Below, piece after piece: positions 37,705 through 51,418 of a stretch of DNA of 64,000 nucleotides. Under the pieces are notes generated by a model. The model was not told the DNA's origin and searched no databases. It was given only the letters and a program-made list of their open reading frames with translations. Numbering within the stretch: the stretch's first letter is position 1; the number at the start of each line of letters is the position of its first letter. Position numbers and translations under genes: made by a program. The stretch comes from Carcharhinus amblyrhynchos (Eukaryota): NCBI GenBank assembly GCA_965287045.1, contig OZ336885.1:61008001-61072000 (forward strand), written 5' to 3'.

Positions 37705-38105
37705 TGGTTTTAGGAGAGATTGTAAGGACTAGGAATTTATTCCCTACTGCGCAGGAGGCTTAGGACTGATCCTTTAATAGTCTGCAAGATAATGAGAGTC
37801 ATAGAAGAGGTGGATCTTTAACAGATTTCCCTAACGTTCGGGAAGTCTAAAGCTAGAGGGCATAGGCGTTCGATGAGAGGAGAGAGATACAAAAATATTC
37901 CAGAAGGGCATTTTTCTCAGACGGAGGAAGGTTAGTTCATGCAAACAGCTGTCAGAAGTGATAGCAGAGACGGGTACATGCTGTCTCGTAAAAGGTGTTT
38001 TCGACCGTTGCATGGATAAGGTGGATATAGAGTGATATGGGTAAATGTGGGCAATTAAGGCCAGCTTAGTAGTTAACCAGGGGCGTCATAGGCCAGTTGG
38101 GCTGA
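37705..38105 (+). mobile_element. CR1 3' fragment
   Basis: Degenerate ERL*GLGIYSL..RRLRTD..KIMRVIEEVD..KARGHR, followed by 3' UTR. Confidence 0.8.
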
Positions 38106-38169
38106 AGATAATGAGAGCCATAGAAGAGGTGGATCTTCAACAGACGCCCCTAGTTAACTACTAAGCTGA

Positions 38170-39800
38170 AACACCTTGGGGTTTTCCTTGACAATGTTTG
38201 CTAAAGATCGTACGTAGCTCTTTCAATCCATCCTAATTTCATGTTTTACATCTATCATACTTCACTATAATCCTTAAGGGCTTAATCGGTTTTTCGATAT
38301 CTAGACCAATGGTCGCTGCATTTTTTGTTTCTTTTGACCAAGATTACGATTTCCCGAGTCCTCCACGGTTTCTGAATCCTGCCATTTCTATGCTTCATTT
38401 TTCCGAGGATATGGTTCCCTAGTTGTTCAATCAGCGGGCTTTTAAAAGCCTCCCACGTGCCAGACGTAGATTTACTCTCATACAACCACTCCCAGTTCAC
38501 GTTTCCCAGCCCTTACTTAATTGAGATGTATTTTGGCTTCCCTGTATTAAGCACCCTCACCCTCAGTCCGCTCTTCTCATCCACAACTCCCCGAAATTGT
38601 ACAGAATCATGATCGCTAAGCCGAAAATGCTCCCCCACTGAAATACTGATCATGTGTTCAGGTCATTCTCCAATGTCAAGTCGAGTATGGCATCCTGACT
38701 AGTTGGACTGTTAACATAATGCATCAAAAGACGCTAGGGGATATATCTACCAACTTGTTCTGCAACTGAGCGCCTGGCTTTCTAGGTGCCCCAATTAATA
38801 TGGGGGAAGCTAAGTTGACCCGCCACAATTACTCTGATTTTTCCCAAATTTCCAGTATTTAATTACACAACTATTCCCCTGTCTCCAGACATCTGTTGGG
38901 AATGTCTATAATACATTCCCACCATTATGAATTCATCCTTCCTGAGCTCCAGCCTAATGTGTCACTTCAATTTCCCTCCTTTGAGTGCTCCCACAGCACA
39001 ATATGGTGCGCTCACCAATCAGCAACGCAACTCCCACAACCATTTTGTTTCCCTTACTATCCCATCCCAATCAATATTCCAGAATATCAAAATGTCAGTA
39101 CTGCCCCTTCCTTAATATTGTCTCCGTGTTTGCAACAGCAATGTAACTCCATGGAGTCATCCACACTATCAGTCCATCTTTCTTATTTGTCATACTTCTC
39201 GCATTGGAACAAGTGCACTCCAGGCCTCCATTACTGCGCTCTGTAGCTTCCTTCTATCTCAATCTCACATTCTTAACCAGTTCCTACACTTTCTGATCTG
39301 TTATTCCATCTCCTGCCCTTCTGCTGCATCAGTTTAAGCGCTCCTGAACAGCACTAAGAAATTTAGTACCCAGGATTTTGTTTTCCCTCCAGTTCACATG
39401 GAGACCGTCCTTCTTGTTAAGTGTCCACCTTCCCCATAACGAATACATCGATCTGAATCTCTCCGTTCGACATCAGCTTTTTAACAACATGATCAGTTTT
39501 ATTATCTCTCTTTTCCAATCCACATTATCGCGTGGCTCTGGGAGTAATCATGTGTTAAAAATAATAGGATCCCGCACTTTACCATCCTAGCTCAGAGCCT
39601 CAACTGTCTTTGCAAGACATCTTCCCTCTTCTTGCCTCTGGCATTAGTGTTAGTGTGGGTAATGGCATCTATTTGTATACCCCCCTGTTTTCGGATGTCT
39701 TATACCACTCAAACACATCCAGAATCCTAGCACCAAAAAGCAATACCATATCCTAGAGTCTCATTCACGGCCAAAGAAAGGCCTGTTCGTGCCCCTGAAT
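38170..39800 (-). mobile_element. Old CR1 LINE, endonuclease/upstream region
   Basis: ORF 38282-38500(-) NWEWLYESKST..WEAFKS..KPWRTREI..LVK; antisense GEHFRLSDHDS endonuclease motif ~38605-38635. Confidence 0.75.
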
Positions 39801-40019
39801 ATCGGGTCCATTACTACCTCCAGTCGCTTCTTTATCCCAGTTCTTCCAATTTCCCAATATTCAATTGAGGTGCCTGAGGCGATATCGTCCAAAATACTCC
39901 TCTGCAACTTCTGGTGGATGTTCGCTCTGCTGTTTAACGCTGTTTTACTCACTGTTCTGTCGAGGTGGCTGAGTTAACTTCTCCCAAAATGCTCCCCTGC
40001 TACCTCTGTTGAATGTTCT

Positions 40020-40430
40020 CCTTCTAGAATATCACTGGAGATGTCATTTTGTAATAATATGTGTATTGCTTCGGGAGTCAATTGTTGCATCTGCTTTTCA
40101 TACGTACTTGTTGCTCTTGCCTTTTCGTATGTGCTCTGGAATGATTGTTGGTGACTTGTCACAGTGCAGTTGGTAGATGAAAGTAAACTTTACATTTTGT
40201 GGATGGCTGGGCAATAAGGAGGTCTGCTTTGTCTGAGAGGATATCGAGCTTCTTCCGTATTGATGGAGCTATGTTCATTCAGACAATTGAAGCGTATTCA
40301 ATCAGACATCTGCTTTGAAGCTTGTCGATTATTGTGGGGCTCTGGAGTCAGGAGAACTTACAGTCTCAGTGCGTGACGTTTGTATGGTGAATCTAGTTTA
40401 GTTGTTCGTCAATACAGAAATCTAGGATCT
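40020..40430 (-). mobile_element. CR1/L2-group LINE RT C-terminal fragment
   Basis: ctgctttgtctgagaggatatcgagcttcttccgtattgatggagct..cgtattcaatcagacat = antisense, degenerate ..EY...S.NTEEARYPL pattern of this group. Confidence 0.55.
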
Positions 40431-42425
40431 CAATAGCTGAACATTCATCTAATAAATCCACACCTAATTGAAATCCAACGAAATTAATCGTTTTCACTGA
40501 AAACTGACATCAGTTGTCCTGAGTAAAATATATACTTCTGCATGCATGCATCCGGAACCCAGTCAGAAAATGATTGCATTGACTGCAATTCTGTCATCTG
40601 CACAGACGGTCCATGTTTCAATATAATTGAGCATGCGTTGCTGATGAACCCTCCTCCAATAATGTAATTGCACATCAGCATTCATGACTGTACGCCGTCG
40701 GATTGCATTCAAATTAATGCATCTGTTGGTACTGGAATAAAATGTCCCTGTTTCTTGAATTTTGCTTAAACGTACCCATGCAGTGCTATATTCTGGTTTT
40801 ACAAAAAATATTTTACTCACATATATTTCCACATTGAAATGGTTGTATGTGATGCAATCGCATTGACATTGCACGCCACATTTACGATGAATTATCTCCT
40901 GTTCTGCTGACACTATTAGAGTCAAGGATATGCTGATCAATGAAACTAAAGGTTTTGTTTGCACGCAATCAGTTACCGACCCGGATGGACCACGCCAATT
41001 CATGGATGCCCGGTAGTTCTCACATTCACCTGATTTGGGGTGATATCATTTTTGAAGACGGTCGTGGCACAATCTAGAAAACAGCAGAATATTGTTCAAA
41101 TATATCTCTAGCAAAAGCATAAATCCCCATGATGCACCCCTTCAGCATGCTGTTTTAACAAAAAAAACGAAATAGCAGCTCTCTGTGGTCTCTGCCAACG
41201 GCCTGTGCCCAGCACAGGCTACTATAAAAAGTACATTTTCTACGAACATATCTATCCAATACAGAAAGGAAATCGCTGATTATGTTGACAGATTTAATTA
41301 CAGCACCAGGCTGTAATAACATGGCCTTAGTTCCTTCTGCAATAAATGGCAAACAGATGGTGTCTACCAGCTGGAAGGACAGGACAACTGCAAGTTCCCC
41401 TCCAAGCCGCACAATATCTCGTTTCGCTGTTCCTTGATTGTCCATATTTCCCAACTGAACTGTGATACAACGTACAATACATAGGCAACATTCGCTCAAA
41501 ATGGCAACTCACAATCATTTTCAGAAGGGAAATTAAATTAATACTGGCTTAGGCAGCGACGCTTTTAACCATTAAATGAATGAACAAAAGAAGCAGACCC
41601 TGTCCCCCCCCCCCCCACCCCCCCACAAAAAAAGAACATCATTAATTAATGACCATGGGAAATTATCTTCTACGTTTGAATTAGCCAACAGCTATGTATG
41701 AAATAATTTGCGTTATCAAATGTATCATATTACAAATCATAATTAAATACATTCTTTCCAGTGCATGCTGCATGTTTCAGGTATTTCAAAGAAACACCAT
41801 TTGTTTGGCGATCAAAGTCAGGGAGCAAATCGATTCGATGCACTTGCAATATTTTAACGACGTCATAATATTTCAGAAAGGAAAGCTGGAATGTGCTAAA
41901 TGAGATTGTTGACTAAAATGGGACAAAACCTGAGTGTCATCTGCGTTGTGCATCAATTTCGACATTTGAACGCCTGCATACAACCTTTAGGATGAGAGCC
42001 AGGACTTTGGATGACAAAGTTCAATTTCTGTTCACAAGACGCCAGTTACATGCAATATCAATCCTCGAGAGCCAGCTGTGAACTGCTTCCTGAACATTCA
42101 TAAGCTTTCCTTATTCGAAACATTAGGCCGATTCTCTGTTCTGTACTTCAGCCAAACCAATGCTATGACGAATACACTTCACCAATTTGCAATCGGAAAA
42201 GCAATTCTCTCTGCCTTCTGAGTTTTCAGCCAATGATTATCCAGCCTTCTTTTTTCACCTGTTTTCTCAACTTCAGTTTGTTACGTTTCTTTTACTTCAA
42301 GGCAAGTGTTTCAGGAGCAAAACCTTGTACTCAAAATAAATGTAAAGTTGTGTTTACACTCAGACCGAGAGTACCAATAATAACGTTAGTATATAATCAT
42401 GAAATTAATCATGAAGCTAATCTCA

Positions 42426-42812
42426 GGCGTCACGATGGCATGACAGTTAGCGCTGCTGCTTCATAGCGCCGGCAACCCGGGTTCGATTCCTGGCTTGGAC
42501 CACTGTCTGTGTGGGTTTTGTGGTTGGCACAGTGGTAAGCACTGCTGCCTCAGAGTGCCAGGGACGCGGTTTCGATTCCCGGCTTGGGGCACTGTTTGTG
42601 TGGAGTCTGCACGTTTTTTCCTTGTTTCCGTGCATTACGTCAATGCTCTGGTTTCCTCCGACAGTCCAAAGATTTGCGGGTGAGGTCGAGTAATCATGAT
42701 AAATTACCGCAGGGAGACCAGCTAGATGTCGTGGGGAAAGGGCTGGGGTGGGATTGTGTTTGGCGGAGACTCGATGGGCCAAGTGGCCTCCTTTTGCACT
42801 ATGATCTTATGT
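42426..42812 (+). mobile_element. HE1-type V-SINE with duplicated tRNA-like head
   Basis: Two successive heads (gttagcgctgctgcttcatagcgcc..ggttcgattcc at ~42445 and gtaagcactgctgcctcagagtgcc..tttcgattccc at ~42535), then V core and GATGGGCC..GGCCTC tail. Confidence 0.88.
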
Positions 42813-45800
42813 ACTATTCCCTATTATGAATTCTCATGTTTAAAATAGGCTACTCCCTGGATTATGTCGTACATTGCTTTCTCAGAAATTGCCTGTAATC
42901 GGATCCATGAAGCAATTCGTCAACTTATAGATGCCAATTTGATAATTCTAATGGACACCAATAAGACAAGATTTAGGATCTTGCCTAAATGGAGAAAATA
43001 GACAGACATTTAGAGGGGATTATACCATTTGAATCCAAGGAAATGAAAGCCATTGCCACTATAGTGTTGTAATCATCACTGGGGACAATAAGGAAGAAAT
43101 GGCTACTTTTGCAGGAATACTGAAGAATTGGAGCGCTGCGAAGTTGAATGAATTATATAATTAGGAAATCACATCAGTGAGGGTACTAAAAAAAAATTTA
43201 TAAATAAAACATCGCGTTAGAGCTAGCATATGTCGGGACACGAGTTCCTTGGATGAGAGTGGAAGAAAACTCCCTGAAAATTTTAACAGAGAAAGCAAAG
43301 TTTTGGAACAACTTGGACTGTGAAGGGTGAAATATAACAAACAAGACAAGACCGTACTGAATTGGCTGAGCCCACTGTTAATGAATATTATAACACCATT
43401 TTCCACAGGCGGTAAATTGAACCAGAAACGCAGCGTAACGACGTTCCAATGATCGACAGAAAGACTTGTGAGCAGAAGTTCAGATGAGGATGAAATGCGA
43501 TTATTTTTTTATTCGACAGTTTCCGTGGAGACTGTTGAGTTTGGTAAAGAGAAACAAAACACATTCATTCAGTTTCCCTAATACTTATTTTGGTTTTATT
43601 TCAGTTCACAGATTACGGGATGTAAAGCTGTATGGCATTTGTGTAAAAGTAGAAGTGCAAGGAGACATAGCTTTCCTATAGAGTTGTGTGCTTTCTAGAT
43701 ATATGTGTAAACCAAATTACGCCTTCACAAAATTTCCCCAAATAACCTCATGCACATGAAAAGTAGCAGCCAATCGCTTATGAATTCTGTGAATCATTCT
43801 TTATTATGAATTCACACATTTAAAATAGCCTGTTTCCTGGATTATTCCATACATTGGTTTACCAGAAATTGTGTGTGATCGGCTCTATGAAATAATCCGT
43901 CATTTTCTAGCTGAACATTTGATATTTCTAACCATACCAATAATATAAGATTCAAATGTCAATGTAAAACACGATTAGTGTACGCTGAAGTTGAGATCAG
44001 TGCTGTTTTCAGAGGAACTGCGTTTCTAAAACCAACATTCGGTCTTACGTGCAAGCATATTTGTTCCAGTCAGAAAAAAAAAACACTTTCACAACTGCAC
44101 TCTGCTTCTTGCCACTCTGCCCACTCTCCGACTCTGCTGCTACGTCTCGTTTTATTCTATGAAAGGTGAATTTGCTCTCTGGGGACGCTGTTTTTACTTT
44201 TTTTTCTTGAAAATCGAAGTACACATCGTGAACACCTTAATGGGCGTTTTTTTTTGTTTATCTTTCCGAAGTCACGACAAGGTTCTATAAAGAAGTCGGA
44301 CGTATCATTGCTCGATTTCACTTAACAAAGAGCATTAAAAAAAATCTATGGATTTCCCCTGGAAATAGTTTGTCCAACAACTTCAACTTCGACTTTGGGC
44401 CTTATTAAAGTTGTTAGGAGGCGCTGATGGGGCTCATGGCAAGCAACAACATTTAGAAAATGTTGGAAAATTCAAAACTTCGTTATTCAATGCCATATGT
44501 AGCAGGTTATTTGTCAACGCTAAGTACAGCCCCATAATACACCATTCTGATCAATCGGCTCAATTGCTCTTCTTTAACCAAAACGTGATAAATGTGTGTC
44601 TTGTCGGGGATAAAAAAGAGTGCAAAGTGTACATTTGTTAATTTAGCCGTGCACGCAGTCTTAATAATTTGATCCCCTTATCCAGCATCTAGAACAAACA
44701 TATTTATTTTGCAGCGACTTTCAATTTTCAAGGTGCTCTGGAGGAGCATGACAAAAGAAATGTAACATGGAATCACGTAAGACAAAGTGAGGTGACATGG
44801 CATAAATAAAGTTTTCCCAAAAGTATATGATTTAAAAATTTGCTCAAAAGATGGAAACCACGATAGGCCGACATGTGGAGAGGATTATGCCATTCCAATC
44901 CAAGAAATGGAAGCCATTGCTACTATAGTGTAAATATAATTGAGAACAATAATGAAGAAACGATCACAGCCGGAGGAACACTGACGTCTTGGAGGGCTGT
45001 AAATTTGAATTAATTATATAATTAAGAAATAACATTAGTGTGGGTCTTTGAAACAGATTGCATGAATAAAAACTTCACGTTAGAACGAGCCAATGTTGAA
45101 TTCTGTGGATGAGAGGGAAGGAAATCTCTCTGGAAATTTTAACAGATATGGCAAAGTTTTGGAATGTGAAAGGGGAAATCTCCCAAAAAAGCCAAGACTG
45201 TACTGAATTTTCCAAGCCGAGTGTAAATACATTTATAATATGATGTTGTTTGGACAGTAAATTGAACAATGAATTCAGCATTACAACTTTCCAATGGTCG
45301 GCAGAGAGATTTGTGAGCGGAAATTCATATAAGGATCAAATGCGATTGAGCTTTTCATTTGACAGTATCCACGGAGACTGACTTCAAAATAAAGTTTGAA
45401 TCTAACTGAAAATAAAACACCATTCATTCAGTTTCCCCATTATTTACATCGATTTTATTTACGTTCACGGAGTACTGGATGTAAAGCATTATGACATTTG
45501 TGTAAAAGTAGAAGTGCAAGGAAACGTGGCTTTCCTATAGAGCTGTGTACTGTCTAGCTATATGTTTAAACAAAATTACGCCTTCACAAAATTTCGCCAA
45601 AAACTCATGCACTTGAGAATTTGCAGTCGGTCAAACATGAATTCTATGAACCATTCTCTATTATGAATTCTTGTGTTTAAAATAGCCTCTTCCCTGGATT
45701 ATCCAGACATTGAATGATCAGAAATCGTCTATTATAAGGCCTATGAAGTAATCCGTTATTTTATGGCTGTCAATCTGATATTACTAATTGATAGCAATAA

Positions 45801-47472
45801 TATAAATTCTAATGTCAATGTAAAATATAACTAGTATACGCTGAAGTTGAGGTCAGTATTGTATCTTAAGAGGAACTGCGTTTCCAACACCAACATCAGG
45901 GATTATGTACAATAACATGTGTTCCAGTCAAAAGAAACACTTTCACCACTGCACTCTACTTGTTGCCATCTACCCGCTCTTCGACCGTGCTGCCACGTCT
46001 CGTTTTATTCTATCAAAGATTAATTTGCTCTCTTGGATTGCCTTGTTTAAACATAGTGTTTTTTTGAAAATCTAAGTACACGTCATGAACATCTTAACGG
46101 TCATGCCTAGTTTTATTTTTGCTTATTTTTCCGACGTCCCAGCGAGGTTCAATAAAAACAAAACGTTGGACATATCAGTGCACGATGTGATTTAATAAAC
46201 AGCATCTTCCCCGGAATTATTGCTACCAGCAAATTCAACATCGGGCCATATTTACGTTGTTACGAAGCGCTAATGCGGCTCATGGCAAGTGAAAAAACAT
46301 GCAAAAAGTTGGAAAATTCAAACCTTCATTATTCACTGTCAGTTGGACCAGGTGATTTGTCAACACTCAGTACAGCCCCATAATGCACCATTCTTACCAA
46401 TCGGCTGAACTTGCATGTCTTTAACCTTAAAGCTGTAAATATCTGCCTTGTCAGAAAAAAAGAACAAAGTGTACACTTGTTAGTCAGCCGTACACACAGT
46501 CTTAATAATTTGATCCCCGATCCAACATTTAGAAACGATATATATTTATTTTGCTGTGAAGTTTCAAGGTGCGATGGAGGAGCATGGCAAAAGTAATCGT
46601 GACACCAAACCATAGAAGGAAAAGTGAAGTGACATGCCACAAATGAAGTTTTCTCAAAGGCATATGATTTAAGGATTTGCTTAAAAGAAAAACAGCGCGG
46701 TAGGCAAACATTTAGAGGGGATTATATCATTCAAATCCAAGGAAATGGAAGACATTACTACTATAGTTAAGGATAATTGAGAACAATAATGAAGACGCGA
46801 CCATGACTGCAGGAAATCCAATGTCTTGGAACATTGTAAAGTTGTATGAATCATATGATTAGGAAATCACGTCAGTGAGGGCCTTAAAAAATCAATAAAA
46901 ACATCACGTTAGAGCGAACATATGTTGGCACACGAATTCCCCGGTTGTGATTGGAAGAAAACTCCTGCAAATTGTACCAAAAAAACAAAGTTTTGGAATA
47001 ACCCAAATTATGAGAGGTGAAATATATCAAACGAGCGAAGAGCGTATTTAATTTGCCGAGCACAGTTTTAATGAATCTTATAATACGATGTTTCCCAGCC
47101 GGTAAATTAAACCATGCAACCAGCATAGCGACCTTGCGATACGCGACGGAAAGATTTATGAGCAGAAATTCATATAAGGATCAAATGAGATTGAGCTATT
47201 TTATTGGACAGTTTCCATGGAGACTAACCAGTTTGGTATTTCAAAATAGAGTTCGAATCTCAAATGAAAACAAAATACCATTCATTCAGTTTCCCCGTCA
47301 TTTCCGTTCACGGAGTACTGGATGCAAAGCAGTATGACGTTTATGGCACAGTAGACGTGAAAGGAAAAGTAGTTTTCCTAGAGAGCTTGTGCGTTCGAGG
47401 TATACGCGTTAACCAAATTACAGTTTCGCCAAATAACCTCATGCACATGAAAAGTAGGAGTCGGTCAAACAT
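42801..47472. repeat. Diverged tandem triplication; units 42801-43779 (deleted copy), 43780-45636, 45637-47472
   Basis: Shared landmarks in all copies (tattatgaatt..tttaaaatag.ct..cctggattat; cattcattcagtttccc; ctcatgcac.tga); copies 2 and 3 also share tacgctgaagttgag..cacgtctcgttttattctat. Each unit appears to contain an antisense L2-like remnant. Confidence 0.92.
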
Positions 47473-48614
47473 TGACAAGCGAAAAAAAAACACGTTTGAA
47501 GAGCAAGAAGTTGCATCATTGCATGTTATATTATGCTATTTCCATTTATTTTACTATTATCACATATTACAATGTTCATGTTGATAGATGTGCATAAGAA
47601 TTGCGTTCCAATCCGCATTATATAATCTTCTCTTTTTTTAATTATCCTCTGAACATTTCATACTGCGATTGATTCTGTCTTTAAAAAAAAATATCTAGTC
47701 CATATCTGCTAGAGATGCATCTGATCTGTTTCACATTACTGCCTGCTTCTTTGGTAATGCAAATAATTCCGAAACTATTCTCCCTCGATTCCACATTCGT
47801 GCGATTGTGCCTTGGTTTTACCAGACCAACTTCTGTAAGGAAAACACTTTATTCAATTATGTCTTTGCTTGAATTCAAAGTACTATGCGAGACCCATTCT
47901 CAATTCACCGAAGGTATTTCTCCGCCAGTTAATTCAATTCACGCTTGATTGATACTTAGTACTTTTGCGTTGACAACCGAAAGATTAGTAAACAAATTGA
48001 CAACTTCATTGCAAACCCGAATCATTACCATTCGATTCTTGATTAGGATAATTAAAGTTCCTGAATATCCGCATCTATAGCTATTATATCGTTCTGGAAT
48101 TTACTTGTGCACATGCTCATAAGCATGTTTTCCCATAAATTGTTTATGTATGGGATGCAGGATGTTTCTTAATCAGTGACACTTTGTTTTATTTGCTTTC
48201 TCAAACCAAACACATTCTGCCTTTAAGTCCCTTTAGCCTCACTCACCTTTTACGGCTTTAACTTTCCTTCTAATCTGTTCTGCTAGCCCCACGCCTCTTT
48301 TTCTCATTTTTATTCTACTCGCACAATTTGCATACAGCATTATTCAATATCCAATCATCTGTTTTTTTTTCCCTGTTACAACATAATGTTTCAAAAGAAA
48401 TAAATGGTGTCTCCCTCCGCTGAATCTTTCTCTGCATCCAACATCGCAATATTAGTTTTATTCTTTTTTTTCGTCTGCTCCACCATTCATTCACACATTT
48501 TTTTTCCCGGACAAATTGTTTGCAGGAATATTCAGCACCCACTCCTCCTCGTCCTTACATCACTGTTGCCACTTGAAGACCACACTCAATCATTATACCC
48601 AACATACTACCACA

Positions 48615-50260
48615 CGAAGGAGGGGCTTAAGTGAGATGTTTGCCCTCTCCAGCTTTCTCCACCCTTCAGTACGATCACAACTGATCGAACTGTGGCCTGA
48701 CATGAACTTCCCTGCTTATCGCCCATGCCCATTGGTTGTCTTGTTGGCAGTGTGCACATATGTCTTTCAAAACACATTTCACAAACGCGTATGGACACTG
48801 TTATTTAGGGTAAGTAAATCCACAGGCTTATGGCTGTCCTGCTCATCTTAAATATGTGGCCTTTTATTTTAATATACTCTGCCCCCTTGTCCTAATCTCT
48901 CGTGTAGACGCGGGAAGGTAATTTTAAAGAACTTCCGATCTGCAAACGAACCTTCTTGTGACCGCAACTGGATAAAGGGTTATATTTGAAGGCAACTCTT
49001 TGAATGACAAGAAACTCTATTGTACACAATTTCATGGCATGACTTTAACAAATCTTAAAATTTTAATAATCCATTCTCTTAATAAGAAAAAAAATCATTC
49101 ATTTAATCTTACTGCTAATCAGCTATAAACAATCACTGAATTGCTTAAGATCGAGGATATTTCTAGCTATCACGCCTGCACCAACCCTCTGAAATGTTCC
49201 CATCACCCTGTGTGAGATAACGCTCGCGTTTCCTATTGCCAATCCATCTAATCTGCATGCCTTTGGATAATAAGTGACAATTTGCCATGATCAATCTACG
49301 TCATTGTTAGAATGCAGGAGGAAACTTCAGCAATCAGAAGATAACCCCGCAGAGAAGGAGGAAAATGCCAGTTCCATACAAAACCGTAATAAAACCCAGG
49401 TCCTTAGCCTGTGAGGCAGCAGTAATACCCAATGTGACACCATGCTGTCCAATTTGCCTTCCTAATGAGTTATTGCAGAATTACACAAATTATTGAACAA
49501 TAATCTAACGGGCACTCAAAACCCACTTTTGTTTTAGAGTATTTCCTCTTCTCTGGTGTGATTAACATGGTGTAGCATAGATTAAAATACAGGTCATATT
49601 TTACAACTTTTTAAACTGTCTCTCAATCGGTTGCACACACATTTAACTAGTGGTGATCGTTTCAAATTCTTGTACAGATGTCCACATTTTATTTGCCTAG
49701 CTATATTTGCGCAATCCATAATTTTAATAACATAAAGTTTGATTCATTTATCCAGGTTCTTGCTAGTTTTGGTGAAGAATTAACGCCCCACAACCGAGGC
49801 CTACAGCAATGTACTTGTCAGATCTTGCAAACGGAAAATGATCCCATTATGACTAGCTTTTTACCTGTCATCTAATCACTCCTCCATACGTTGCAATCTT
49901 CTAACCCTTAGACCATAAACTCTTGACATTCAACTTTGTGATGAATCATCTTGCCGAGTGTCCTTTGAAAGTCCAACTAAACCACATTTATAAGTACTTT
50001 CTTTATCAAATATGTTTTTCTTCACTTTTAACAAAAACAAAGCTAACAAAACAAAAAAAAACATTCTTTCCCTGTTGAGATGACTTGTCAGCTTTTTTTC
50101 ATGTTTTGCTGAGAGCAGTGAATAACCTCACAATAAATGATACCAACTTTTTTCTAAAAGTAAACATTTCTTAAGCTAACTGGTCTATAATTTCCACATA
50201 TGCGTTTCCTGCCTATCAAAAGCACTTTTCTTGTGATGTTCCCAGAAGCAATCTGGAAAT
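48615..50260 (-). mobile_element. Fragmented old CR1 LINE with a degenerate HE1 SINE (~49210-49450, -) inside
   Basis: CR1 tail (actgatcgaactgtggcctga), antisense RICGNYRPVSL (ORF 50154-50444); SINE B-box cccaggtcc..gtgaggcagcag. Confidence 0.6.
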
Positions 50261-50299
50261 GTAAAAGCGCTGTATGTGGTAACTCCTCAGACACCCAAT

Positions 50300-50680
50300 T
50301 CATTGAATTCTTAGAGTACACAAGGAGTCCATTTGGGCTGTCGAGACTGTTACAACGCACCAACAGACCATCCCACAAATGCTCTCGTCCAGGCAGTCCA
50401 CACATATATCCTTCTAAACGGCCGCCCCCTCCACCTTCTAACACCCCGCCCCTTCTCTACCACTCCCTCTACCAAACGCACACACCTCTGGACACCAAGC
50501 ATTAAATCCTAACGTGTAACCAACCTAACCTGCACATCTTTGGACTGTGCGAGCAAAGCGGAACACTTAGAAATGGGGAGAACTAGCAAGCTCCGCACAG
50601 AATATCACCTGGGGCACGAAATAAACCTACATGCCTGGTACCGTGACGCAGCAGTGTAAAACACCGTGTCAGTGTGTCAC
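50300..50680 (-). mobile_element. HE1-type V-SINE, degenerate
   Basis: ccatttgggctgtcgagactg tail, ctaacctgcacatctttggactgtg V core, gacgcagcagtg head. Confidence 0.8.
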
Positions 50681-51112
50681 TATTTACAGCACGGTGTGGA
50701 AATTTGCAGATGTTAGATCCACTAATAATAATAAATCTCTGCACCGTTTTCAAATTCAGTGCATTGTTTTAATTTAATCTCTTCTTTTCCCAACGTTTTC
50801 AACAATTCTTTCTGGCGTGTCATTTGTTTTCTTGGCAGTGACTACAGTTGTAAAATCTGCAATTTGCTTATTCACCTTAGTTAATTGCATGAATCACCTT
50901 GTAAATATTCAACATTCACTGCATTTTTTCTAATGTATGTTCTGTTTATGATTTATTCATATATTCCTTAGCTCTGAGAAAGAATCCTAAAAATAAAATC
51001 CCTGCAGAGGATTTGGCCCAGCCAGTCTGAACCAGCTTTCTGACAGATATCTTACTCAAGCCCACTATTCCGCTCTTTACCATGGCTAATCCATCCAACC
51101 CACACACCTTGA

Positions 51113-51418
51113 GCTGCACGATGAAACAACGGTTAGCTCTATTGACATACAGCGCCAGAGACTCAGGTTCGATTTCCACTTGGGCCACGATCTGTGTGTA
51201 GATTGCACTTTCTCCCCATGTCTGTGTGGGTTTCCTTTGGGTGCTCTGGTTTCTTCCCAATGTCCAAAGCTGTGCAGGTTAGGTGGTCTGGCCATGCTAA
51301 ATTGTTCATTATTGTCAGGGTAAAGTACATGGGGATAGGGTCTGTGTGGGATTGTGGTCAGTGCAGTCTCGATGGGACAAATGGCCTCCTTGTGCATTAT
51401 AAGATTCTGTCCTATGAC
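51113..51418 (+). mobile_element. HE1-type V-SINE flanked by antisense HE1 fragments
   Basis: ggttagc..cagcgccagagactcaggttcgatt head, gggtttcctttgggtgctctggtttcttccca core, tcgatggg..ggcctc tail; antisense V-core pieces at ~51075-51112 and 51418-51540. Confidence 0.85.

Noticed and set aside
42801-47472. CRISPR-like or coding repeat array
   Set aside because: Units are kb-scale, diverged, with no short repeat-spacer structure and no conserved ORF; the DNA is vertebrate.
47700-48500. Possible very old L2 3' remnant (also ~31790-31900 and 32700-33000)
   Set aside because: Similarity is too faint to support by eye.
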